From contig NC_043008.1 in the NCBI RefSeq assembly GCF_006345805.1, positions 75,392,001 to 75,456,000 on the forward strand: 64,000 nt of DNA. The letters are read 5' to 3'. The stretch's first letter is position 1. The number at the start of each line of letters is the position of its first letter. Position numbers and translations under genes: made by a program. This stretch comes from Octopus sinensis (lineage: Eukaryota). Below, one piece after another: positions 52,703-64,000 of the stretch. The notes below the pieces were generated by a model, which worked only from the letters and a program-made list of their open reading frames with translations, searched no databases and was not told the DNA's origin.

Positions 52703-53821
52703 TAAAACGATTTCTGTTCAATCTGCGTTCAGCTCCATTTCTTCAATTCACCAATAATGTTTTATATATATATATATATATATATTCCAAATTTGTGTAA
52801 ATGTGTAGAGAATAATATATAAGTTCAATAAAGTTATGGTCTGGTTTTCACTTTTTTATTATGGTATTTTAAAAAGATAAACCTTTTTTACATTCATAGT
52901 AATCAACAGATTTCGAAATCTATTTAACTGACAGTTGAGTTCTTGATAACTGTAGTAAAATGACGGACTTCTTCCTTTTTATACCTCTTAGAATGCTCCA
53001 AGAAACTGAACTTTTGAAATACGGTTTTAATCAATTCGCATGCAGCTTAGATGTCACGGTTTGCCGGCAGTACCGATATTACTGGCATAGGCCTTGTTTT
53101 TATTTTAACCAACTAGCTTGCGGTTTACATGTAATGGTTTTATGAGAGAGAAACTGAGTTGGTTTCGATCGTTTTTATTTCACTTAGTAGAATTCTCCTG
53201 TAATTTGTTTATATTCATATGATAAAGATTCTGTTCATAACAAGCTTGAACATTTTAATAAACCGTTTTTCTTTTATCTTTCTTCCAACCTCACTTGTCA
53301 CAGACAACAAATCCGGAAACTAATATTCGCCAAATTTCATTGAGTGAACATATAGTAACATGTGGTCAGAAAATGTCTTTAATTTTTCCTTTCCACAAAC
53401 CACAAGACACAAGTGAGTTTGGAAGGAAGATAAAAGAAAACCGCTTCATTAAAATGTTCAAATCTGTTCTGAATGGAAATAAAAACAATAATATAACAAC
53501 CAGTTAATGATGTGGATTAATAAATATCTTTAACATATGAATATAAACAAATTATAGAAGACTCCCACTGATTTAAATAAAAACGATCGAAACCAACTAA
53601 GATTGCGCACTCAAAATACCATTACATGTAAACCGCAAGCTAACTAGTTAAGATAAAGGTGGGATCTATGCCAGTAATATCGGTACACCCGCCAAACCGT
53701 GACGCTTAAGGTGCGTGCGTATTGGTCAAAAGAGTATTCCAAGAATTCGGCTTGTTGGAGACTTCTAAGGGGTATGAAAAAGAAGACATGCATTTTACTA
53801 CAGCTGTCAAGAACTCAATTA

Positions 53822-55940
53822 CCCTGGTCAACAAAATGAACCTTTTTTTAATCATTAGAGTTGCTGATTGACTTTTCTGAGCTAATTTTTTATGCTGATT
53901 ACGAATCTGAAGTCCGATTTCCTCTATCATTTTCATGTTAATGATACCTGCTGTTTTCACTTATAGCATACGTAAAGCATGTCTAATATAAAGTATGTTG
54001 AATACAAGATACAATAAATTCTTGGCTTTTTATTGTACAAAATTAAAATTATTGTGTACAAATAAGCTAGAATACACTAAAATGCATAACAACTTAAAAT
54101 CTTTGGGGTTTGGACTTTCTATGGTGCTTTGTCTCAGGTTCATCCCTGTATAACATCTAACAGTAGTCAGCTAACATTCCTGCATTCCAAAATCCTTGAT
54201 ATCGTTGTTCCATCGATGCAATATCTTGAAAGCGTTCCTCTTGCTCATCCAAGGTCCTCTGCAAAAACGTCCAGATGTGAATCAAGGAAATGGACTTTTA
54301 GTGACATCCAGTAGTCCATTGCAGCGTAGGAACCTAGAAGACATTTCACTCCATTTCTAAACTCTAGAGATCTCATGTTGCCTGGGAAATTTTCAGAGCC
54401 ATTTGAAGGATTCCCAGACTTTAAGCTCAATCTCATCCAGTGATGTGAGGATGTGGTTGTCCTTCAGGAGTTCTTTTATCTGCGGACTTATGAATACGCC
54501 CTCCTTTAGTTTTGCCTCAGTGATTTTTGGAAATTTGGCCTTTACATATTCAAAACCTTTTGTGCTTTTCCTGGCAAGTGTCTTCACGAATTGTTTCATG
54601 AGGCCAAGCCTTATATGAAGGGGAGGAAGAAGAACATTTTCTTGGTTTAAAAGTGGCTTACTCTGGACGCTAGAAAGTCCTGGCTTATATGATTTTCGCA
54701 AAGGCCACTCTGATTGCACACAGTGCTTGTTAGTTGCATGACTGTCCTATAGGCATAAAAAGCAACAATATTTGGTGAACTCAGATTGCATTCCCATCAA
54801 CATTCCAATCACTTTCAAGTCTCCACATATTTTCCAGCTGTAGTTTGTATACTTTATGGCATTGAGGAGTACTTGCATGCATTCATAACACTCCTTCATA
54901 TTCACTGAATGTCCTACGGGAATGGATGGTTTCTTATTGCCGTTGTGTAGTAGTACTCCCTTGAGGCTTCTCTTAGATGAATCAATGAATAAGCGCCATT
55001 CAGCTAGAACATGCTATTGGAACAAACAGCGAAATAACTCATCAGTGCTATTACTGAAACAAAGTGGTCCATCAACAAAGAAGCATGAAGTCCGACACCT
55101 ATTTCTCTTCCTGAAATGAGTAATGCAAACATCTTTCTTAAGCAGACACTTGTAGGCTAATAGTTCAGCTTTATCCTTCGACAATAACAAGTCTCGAACT
55201 AAATCATTTAACTCTCCTTGAGAAAATTTACGTGATACGCCTTCATTTTCAATCGTGAAATCTGCACCCACTTCGGTGTCTTCGACAGCAGTAATATTTT
55301 CATTAGGAAATACATCTTCGTCAGACATCTAAAGGCCATTTTCTGGTGGTATTGGAATAGGAAGATCATCATCGTTGTTTGGTACTGTCTTCTTGCTGAT
55401 TCCAAGTTGGGATACACAATCTTATGCTTGGTCTTTACAGTAAACCCAAATACATTAACGTTGCAGAAATAACAGTGCAAGAAATGATCCTTTGGTTCTC
55501 TCCATATCATAGGTATCGCAAACGCATTGCTCTCGTCCTCTTATTTAGCCAATCCCTTCGTCCATTTGAAAAAGCTGAGCAGATGATGTGCGGGGCCCAA
55601 CTCTTATCTTTTTTTCCTGAGAGAGCAGCCAAAGTATAACTGGTAGATCTTCTTGATTCCACTTGTGATGGCACGTTGCTGAGCTTTGGTGGTAAATGAA
55701 CCACAGACATGACAAAATATATCAGGACTGTTCTTGCAATGCCTTGACATAGTCTGAATTTACCTGTATAAGACGTTTATGTGTAGCGATACTGCTGAGG
55801 GAGTTATATACTTCTCTTATCTCGTCAGAAAAAAACTGTGTCTGATAGAAGGAAACCTATTACATTTTTGAAATCTGCGGACAAAACTACTTATAAAACA
55901 CCATATAATGTCCCTGATGAAAATTGGGTGTTGACCACTT
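53822..55940 (-). mobile_element. Chapaev3-type (CMC) DNA transposon
   Basis: Termini ccctggtcaaca / tgttgaccactt; 3-bp TTA duplication (53819-53821, 55941-55943); transposase motifs as in the next feature. Confidence 0.8.
54110..55750 (-). pseudogene. Chapaev3-type transposase pseudogene
   Basis: DKSWAPHIIC, MIWREPKDH..CYFC, ELNDLVRDL, LPPLHIRLGLMKQFVK, MSLKVHFLDSHLD; multiple frameshifts. Confidence 0.85.
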
Positions 55941-56064
55941 TTATCAGTTAAGTACATTTTGAAATCTAATGTTTTAACACGCTTCAACAATGTAGAAACA
56001 TTAATTTTTTAAAACCACTATAAGAAACGTGAGAGCTAGACTAACCTTTAAGTTTATTCAATTG

Positions 56065-56111
<47 letters not shown>

Positions 56112-56315
56112 GTGGTGGCGCGTAGCTTAGTGGTTATTAGCTGGCAAAAAAGTGTAATCTTCTGACGGACCGGCGTTTCTTTCGGGTGGGGATATATACA
56201 ATACTGAAACCGGGGAACCGGCCCTCATGAGCCTATTATGGCTGGAGAAGGAAACATTTATATATAAACGTGTGTATGTAAGTATGTGTGTGCGCGCGCA
56301 CGCGTGCGTATGTAC

Positions 56316-56820
56316 TACTGGGTCATCCCATTAATAATGCAGCTTTTTCAATTGCATGAACTTCATATAAAACCAGGTAGTAATTTTACCTTGTCCTTAT
56401 TTTTTGTGCAAGTTTTGAAAAATGCAGTTCCATCTTAACAGTTATTTTTTAAAGTTATAACGGAGTTGACAAAAGAGCGTATTCGGCATATTTTGCTCTA
56501 TGAGTTCAATAAAAGCAACAGCGCTATGAACAGTGCGAGGAATATTAATGCAGTATACAGTGATAAGACAAGAAGCGTAAGCCAGTGTCAACGATGGTTC
56601 CAGAAATTCCGGACCGGAGGCAAAAGCCTAGAAGACGGTTTTCATCCTGGAAGATCTGTAGAGCTTGACGAGGACGTCCTGCAATCCCTGGTGGAACAAA
56701 ATCCCATCGTAACTGTTGAGGAAGTAGCTGAGATGTTTGGGTTTGGTCATTCAACCACCCATCGATAGCTGTGTGCCATCCGAAAAGTCAGCAAACTTCC
56801 GAGTCTAATCGCGCGCTAAG
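56316..56820 (+). mobile_element. Truncated mariner of a different subfamily (5' half)
   Basis: KERIRHILLYEF...ARNINAVY...CQRWFQKFR.G..SLED...GR helix-turn-helix region. Confidence 0.85.
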
Positions 56821-57061
56821 TTGGAACGGTTGCGCCCCTTTGCTGCAATCTACACGCAAGGCATATCTCCTTCAAAACTAGTTTATGAGATTTAACCTTA
56901 TGTACAAAATAAATAACAAAGCACTTCCAGTCGCTTTAAACAAACAAGGACACCAGCCCTAATGATGTTCCTTTCAATACTATTAAACTATTCACACTGC
57001 AAGTTGCATCTATATTCACCAAAGTCTTTCAATAGCAAAATATTTAATGTCTTTATATATA

Positions 57062-57116
<55 letters not shown>

Positions 57117-57133
57117 TATATATATAATATATA

Positions 57134-57178
<45 letters not shown>

Positions 57179-58264
57179 TATAGTTGACCACATATATCGT
57201 AAACCTGAAGAATATGTAACAAAATCATCCAAACCACAACTTACAAAATGTTGTCAGCGTCACTTGAGACTTCTCTTTGTGAATAAACCTGATCAATATC
57301 ACCAAGAATGCATGACAAGGTATATGCCAGCGGATAGTCTAGTCTACCATCTTTTACTAATCTCCTACAAATCTCAAGTAAGGTGTATAATGGTGTACTG
57401 ATCGCATATGTGTTACTAAACATGCATATAGCCTACATATTATTCAGAGAAAGACCACCCACCTTATTTATATGAAATTCCTCAACACTAGATCAGCAAA
57501 TCTGGTTACAGGTTGCCAACTTCCTCTACTGCTTTTATTGTGAATATAGTAAAATCCGGCCCTCTCTTGCTATCTCCACTCAGGTACTTCTTATTGCAAC
57601 TTATTCTCTTACTCTTATCACCAAGTGGCTCAGTACTTACAAAATCTGCACTTAATCACTGGCCCCAATCCTCCTTTCTTAGTAAGCATCCCGCCTAAAA
57701 TTGTTTCTTTGCGCATTTCATTGTGCTGTACTGTGCACAAGATCGAAAGGAAGATAAACCCCCATTGACTCTTATGAGCAAACATGTATACACTAGGAGC
57801 ACAACCGCTTTCCTTAATTTCTCATATCTTTTAGAGGGTTTAGTACGCTACAAGCTCCATCAGGACAATCCAATTATCAACTCATAGCTTTAATATTAGC
57901 AGTACGTGTAATGAAAGTGAGTACGTAGAGATGTTTGTGCGTGGAGGTATTAATGGTGATAACGGGTAAAGAATGGGTGATACGTTAGTATTAATTTTGC
58001 TGTTTATAACGGCGTTATAAACAGTGATTCATGATATAGGAGGTGTGGGATATATATAAATAAGCATTGACTTATATTGTTGTTAGTACCGGTTGTAGTA
58101 TGAATGGTTTTGTTGGGTACAGTAGGAGTGGTGTATTAGTAATGATATTCAAGAATATTGGGTATAGAATAGTTGGTTCATACCAGCGATATTGATATTC
58201 GAAGTGTTAGTAGTGGTGATAGTTATGTCGAATATATACTAGTGTTAGTATTAAGGGTGATATA

Positions 58265-58475
58265 AGGCTGCAAGCCAGCATGAATCGTTAGCACGCTGGG
58301 TAAAATATTTAGAAGCATTTCGTCCGTCTTTACATTCTGAGTTGAAATTCGACCAATGTCGACTTTACTGCCATCCTTCGAAGTCGATAAAATAAGTACC
58401 ACTTGAACACTGGGTCAATGTTATCGACTACATTCTCCCCCAAAGTTGCTGGCTCTTTATCGAAATTTCAAATCA
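58265..58475 (+). mobile_element. SINE family 1, diverged
   Basis: Core gtcgacttt...gtcgataaaataagtacc present. Confidence 0.75.
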
Positions 58476-60380
58476 CTAATAAAGTTGATATGTAAATAAT
58501 AATACTTGGGCTCATATAAGCGTCGATATTGATTATACAGCACGTTTTGCTTCCTGCACGAAACCGACAATATAGTAGACCTTTCGCCCACTCTAGTGAC
58601 TGTATTGTTGGATGAATACTAACGGCAACATTCATAAGTTAAACAATGACAGCCCTACCCACAACAGTAATCCTCTGCAGACACCATGTCAGGGATTTTA
58701 ACCCGAAAAAATATGAAGTAAATTTAACAATGCTAAAGTTTAGACCCTTAGTGGTGCTGATAATGTTAGAAATATGTAATAGTAGATCTGTTGATATTTG
58801 TGCAAGAGATACAAGTTCAGCGCCACAATGTCTGTTTTCAGTTGATTGTCATATAAATGTAAACTAAGCACCAATCTCAAACTATGTTTAAAACATTTCT
58901 TCCTGTTTTAAGTGTAATATCTGAGAAACGATCTTTCTTTTCATGACGACATTTATGTATGTATATGTCAGTTAATACAGTGCACTTTGGTTTTCTTATC
59001 TAGCTTCAATTTCAATCATATCCGGGAAAGAAAAACATCGATTGTGATCATAAACTTAAAGTATCTAACCCTGCTTCACTGACTCAAACGCCTGTTTTAC
59101 AATATCTTTTTTCGCTTGCCTAGTTGTATCATTTTTGTCAATATGTTGAGATTTTATCGCTTTTCTTATAAATTTAAAATACATTAACTACCGGAAGTAC
59201 CTCAGAAGATAACATTCATCATTCATTTCTTTAGAGTAGATTACATCAACCATTCATTAGGTACGATTTACAATAACATGTCACCATTGACTAAATTTCA
59301 ACCGGTATGACGCCTTAAATGTTTCATAAATTTATTTACAGAATGCGAACTTTGGATGTTTCCTTCCCAAGATAAAATAATTAAATACGAAACAAAGAAA
59401 ATATTCAAGTGTGCTCGGTTCTATCTACCAATTTCTTCTTTCGAATCAATCATTAATTAAAGTTACTTGTTATAATTTCCAAAGTAAGCTCTCATTATTC
59501 ATTAAGCTGTATATTAATACAGTATAATAACCTAACACATTCGATCATTTGCAATTAATTTAGCACTGACGATGCCACAAAAGAAATACAACTTCATAAA
59601 CCTATAAAAATACCAAACAAAAGATAGAAAATATTTGCTGAAGTCTGAATGCGTTTTATGTTTTTATAAATGACTCCTTTAATGATTTATTTAATTAAAT
59701 TACTTCTAACAACATTGTTACTCTTTTAGCATCTATTTCGTAGTGAGTGAGTTAATGAAGTCAATTAGATGGATAATTTCATTTCGGGTGAAAGAACTGT
59801 GAACTGCACTGCGACACATGTTTCCAATTAATGTAAGTAAAACATTTTGTTAATTAAGAGTTTTTCGCAAACGAAATGTTATTGCAATATTTTTCTTTAA
59901 TAACTAATTAAATTAAACATGTCTCTTATTATTGCATTTAAAATTCTATTACATTCTTCTGTCTAACTACCTTCTGTGGACTCAATTTGCTATTTAGATA
60001 TTTACACAGCGACTTGTACGATATATAAATGCCTGCGCATATGCATATATATGTGTGTGTGTGTGCGCATGTGTGTGAGAGAAGGAGAGAGAGAAAGAGA
60101 GAAGGAGGAGGCGTGTGGATTTGTGTTTAGGTTGTAGAGCTCATTATCCTAAGATTGTGGTTTCGATTCTTAGACCGAGTGACACGTGATGTTTTTAAGG
60201 AGAACACTTAATTTTATAGGTTGCTCCAGTGCACTCAGCCGGAAAAAATGAGTGATCCTTCAATGAACCGGTGTCCTGTAAAGAGGCTAAATATATACGC
60301 CATGGAAATCGGGAAACTATATCTATGAGTCTATTTGACTCGGGAAGCACCTTTAAAGTTATAAATACATACATATATAA

Positions 60381-60445
<65 letters not shown>

Positions 60446-60664
60446 TATATATATACATACATACACACGCACACACTCATATATATATATGTAATTTACT
60501 GTCCGTTAAGAAATAACCAATAAAAATTTCTCCATCCACTGAAAGCTAAATATCATTTATTGTGCACTCTATTAAAGCAAGAGCTGCTAATAGTTGATTG
60601 CTATTGAGATATGTGGCTAAACAGAATTTTATAACGTACCTTGTGTCTCCAAGCAATCTTCAGG

Positions 60665-60701
<37 letters not shown>

Positions 60702-60734
60702 ATGCATGCGTATGGGTGTTTGTGTGTGTATATA

Positions 60735-62003
60735 CGAGGGACGTTCAGTAAGTAATGCCCCTGACCCATTTGTAGTTGTTTGCAATTATTTATATCTCTA
60801 TAGATTACGTAGCAAATTACAGCTCTAAACTAATTGTAGTTTCTGATTTACAGGTGTTTGAACTGAGTCAAGTGTGAAATGGAGCCTGTTGAGTGTCGAG
60901 CAGTGATCCGGGTTTTGTATTTGAAAGGACACACGCCACGGGAGACTTTTGATGAAATGAAAGTAACTTATGGTAATGATGCCACATCATATGACCTTGT
61001 AAAACGCTGGCATCGGGACTTCAAACATGGTCGGAACTCTGTGGAAACAGCCCCCAGATCTGGTCACCCTCCTTCTGCTATTGATGAGGCATCTGTCCGT
61101 CAAGTTGAGGCTGCCATTTTGGAAGATCGACGCATAACTATTCGCCAAATAGCCTATGAGGTCAAGATTAGTACCGGGTCTGTGGAAACTATCATTCATG
61201 ACCATTTGCATATGCAAAAGGTGTCTGTCAGATGGATTCCCATGTTGCTCACACCTTTCCAGAAGCAAGAACGTGTCGAGTGCTCGAGGATGAATTTGGA
61301 GATGTGCCATGAAGATGAGTCAAAATTTTTCAAAAGACTGATTACATAGGATGAAACCTGGGTCCATCACCATGATCCAGAGACCAAAGCCCAGTCAATG
61401 CAGTGGAAACACCGTGACTCACCTCCTCCAAAGAAGGCAAGGGTGCAGCCTTCCGCTGGCAAGGTCATGCTCACAGTCTTCTGGGACCAGGACGGAGTAG
61501 TGATAACAGATTTCCTGGCAAAGGGTACCACAATTACAGGAGCCTGTTATGCTTCATTTTTGAGGAAATTAAGAGAAGCTATCAAAATCAAGAGGCGGGG
61601 CAAGATCAGAAAAGGCATCCTCCTCCTGCAAGACAACGCTCCGGTCCACAACTCGATGGTCGCCAGATCAGAAGCACAGGCGTGCGGCTATGAACTCCTC
61701 CCCCAACCCCCTTCTCTCCTGACCTTGCACCCTCGGATTTTCACCTCTTCCCACCCATGAAGTTGTTTTTGAAAGGAAAGCGTTTCCCAGATGATGCAGC
61801 CTTGATCTCTGAAGTCAGGTCGTGGTTGGAGGACCAAGCTGGGGTCTTCTACAAAAACGGTCTCTAGAGCTGCATCAAACGATGGGAGAAATGCGTAACA
61901 CTGGGTGGTTCCTATGTAAAAGAAGACTAATACCTGTGCCAAGTGTCGTTGCTCTACTGCTATGGGAAGTGGGTCAGGGGCATTACTTATTGAATGCCCC
62001 TCG
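60735..62003 (+). mobile_element. mariner (DD34D) DNA transposon, copy 2 (same family as 6924-8213)
   Basis: TIRs cgagggacgttcagtaagtaatgcccctgaccca / tgggtcaggggcattacttattgaatgcccctcg; TA flanks. Confidence 0.97.
60879..61930 (+). pseudogene. mariner transposase pseudogene
   Basis: Intact N-terminal 156 aa; TAG at 61347-61349 and near 61866 (CAG in copy 1); frameshift near 61710. Confidence 0.95.
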
Positions 62004-62734
62004 TATAAATATATACAATCATAGATACGCGGTGCTCTTTATTAAATTACCATGTCATAAGCCGATGTGAATTGGAAGTAAACTCCAATTAAACCAACAT
62101 CGTTTAGATATTAGTCTCAGACTTTATATATCTGTTTAAGGTGTCAAATTAAGAACAGAGGAAATATAGGATGTTGTGATGGTCATGGTAACACATCTGG
62201 AGAGAAAGTTTTTCAACCTACAATATATTTGTATACACTGCCGTTGTAAGAATTTCATGTAACTCTCCTTGTTATTTCTTGTGATTAGAAACGATGGTTT
62301 TATATTTGAAAAGAAACGTGAAGTTGTAAATTTGACACTTATTTCTGATGTAATTTCGACTAAAGAGGATTTAATTCGCTTCAGTCGAGGACTGAAATTA
62401 AACACTTAGCTTCGTACATTGTTGAATTTACGAGATTTGAGAACTAAATTTTGTTATTGGGTTGTTGTTATAATCTCATATCTCATTAATATCGCGTTTA
62501 GATTTATTATAGTGATATTCTTATATGGTTGCACGAAAATATAGTAAAATATATATATTTAAAAATGATATTTCTGTTCTTATAGGTACAGATATATGTG
62601 AAAATTCTTAGTTCGGTAAGAATCGCTGCATACTTCGCACATAATGATTATGGCAATATATGTGCCTGTTTGTTTGTGCGCCTGTGTGTGTTTGTGCAGG
62701 AGCTCGCGGGCGCGTGTATGTGAGTGTGCATATG

Positions 62735-62766
<32 letters not shown>

Positions 62767-64000
62767 AATATATACGCACTCACGCACACATATATATATA
62801 TACGTATAATTATATATGATATTATGAATACGATAAAAATATACACGCTTCTAGCTACATGGTCCCAATTTTATTTTACCATAATTGCTATCGATCGGAA
62901 TGAAGCGATAATCTCATTTCTCCCACATACTCTCACATTCTATAACTTTTCTCGATTATTTCCCATCCCTTCATTCTTTCTGTCTCCGAGTTTTTCCATT
63001 TTTGTTTAATATTCTGATAGCAATTACTGAACAGTTATTTGTGGACGTGATCATACGATGGAATTGATTAATTTTCATAAAGAAAATATTATCCTAACCA
63101 CCGGAGATAAGATGAAATTCTTTGATTATGTACAGCAGAGCTACGTAGTCTGAACATTCCTGACAAACTGTATCTGCTCGCTATATCGTCACGATTCTAC
63201 AACTCTTTGGGGAGATGACCTTTTTATATTAAGTAATCACTTGATTTTAGCTCGCTAATTGAACATAATATGGACACGAAGTGCGGCTGTGGTCGACACC
63301 TTTGTGATTAACTAATACAAATGATTGGTGGAAAGTTCTAATGTCTCATAATTACCTTATTTATTTGGTAATTCGGAGACATTTCAAAATAAAAAAGTAA
63401 ATATATAAAGTAAACTATTTGCATATCAATATATATTTGTATCAATATATATTAATAGTAATCAGATTAATATTAAAGAAAAGTAGGAATAAGATATAAA
63501 AATAACAATTTTAGGAGCACTCTATATGATATCAAAACAAAAAAAGAAACAAGAACGTAACAGGCGTCAACAAAACATTCGGACAGTAGGTGATACAAAA
63601 ATGGACAGGAAAAAACAAGGACGGGTCATTCGGAGCTTTCAATCTTCAGTCGAGACGCAGATCGTCTTTGCCGTTTTGGCCGGTTGATCTCGAGACTGCT
63701 CTAATCTGGCTGGCCCCAAGGAAATCTAAGCTAAGAGCAATAGATTCTTTGGAAGAAAGCAAGCGAATGTATACGAAAACAAGGACGTAAAAAGAACGGA
63801 GAAATGGTACACAATTACAAATACAAACAACAGGGCATTAATAACTGGTGTCTTTCGACTAAGGACGAATTAAATTGAACTGGCGTGTGTGAATGTGAAG
63901 CTTTACGGCAGGAACCTAGATGAAAGTTACGGGAAGAAATAAGAGAGATGCTACACGGATGGTAGTCGTACCAAGAAAGAAAGGTCAGGCTTGGTCGAAC

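Larger units (their letters stand above)
51576..52764. mobile_element. (TA)n-flanked palindromic hammerhead-bearing element 2
   Basis: Spacer-less palindrome 51723-52764 centred on TGA|TCA (52243/52244), 521-bp arms, one mismatch seen (52022/52465); unique ~147-nt tail; (TA)n on both sides. Confidence 0.88.
52815..56068. mobile_element. Older foldback element (about 490-bp diverged arms), right arm split by a Chapaev3-type insertion
   Basis: Left arm 52815-53300 is inverted relative to 53406-53821 plus 55941-56068 (e.g. gcttgcggtttacatgtaatgg / ccattacatgtaaaccgcaagc). Confidence 0.8.

Noticed and set aside
53046-53710. TTAA-TSD MITE
   Set aside because: The inverted similarity continues beyond these points, so they are internal to the larger foldback.
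57195-57250. Degenerate hammerhead (CTGAAGA...catccaaac)
   Set aside because: GAAA core and stems incomplete.
500-63009. Many ORFs rich in poly-I/Y/N, YI, CV, HT or LSIY
   Set aside because: Translations of (TAA)n, (TA)n, (CA)n and (CTAT)n microsatellites.
1-64000. CRISPR arrays, operons, rRNA
   Set aside because: Eukaryotic repeat-rich DNA; no regularly spaced repeat-spacer array or rRNA-like sequence seen.

Overview
AT-rich, microsatellite-dense animal genomic DNA, most likely an octopus (inferred from the SINE families, not verified). I found no host protein-coding gene I can support; most ORFs in the track are microsatellite translations or transposon debris. The window is a nest of mobile elements: two near-full DD34D mariner copies, two R4/Dong-type RLE LINEs in (TAA)n, Tx1/L1-type LINE pieces, a Hero-type LINE 3' half, Penelope-like RT remnants, a Chapaev3-type transposon (TTA TSD) inside an older foldback element, a Merlin-like MITE with telomeric repeats, a solo LTR and many tRNA-type SINEs. 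The most notable signal is two unrelated, near-perfect long palindromes (19062-19821 and 51723-52764). Each is embedded in (TA)n, and each arm carries an outward-facing type I hammerhead ribozyme with a palindromic stem III. They look like short non-autonomous Penelope-type or retrozyme-like inverted units. A second signal is an apparent shared 3' tail between a SINE subfamily and the Tx1 LINEs. All calls were made by eye.
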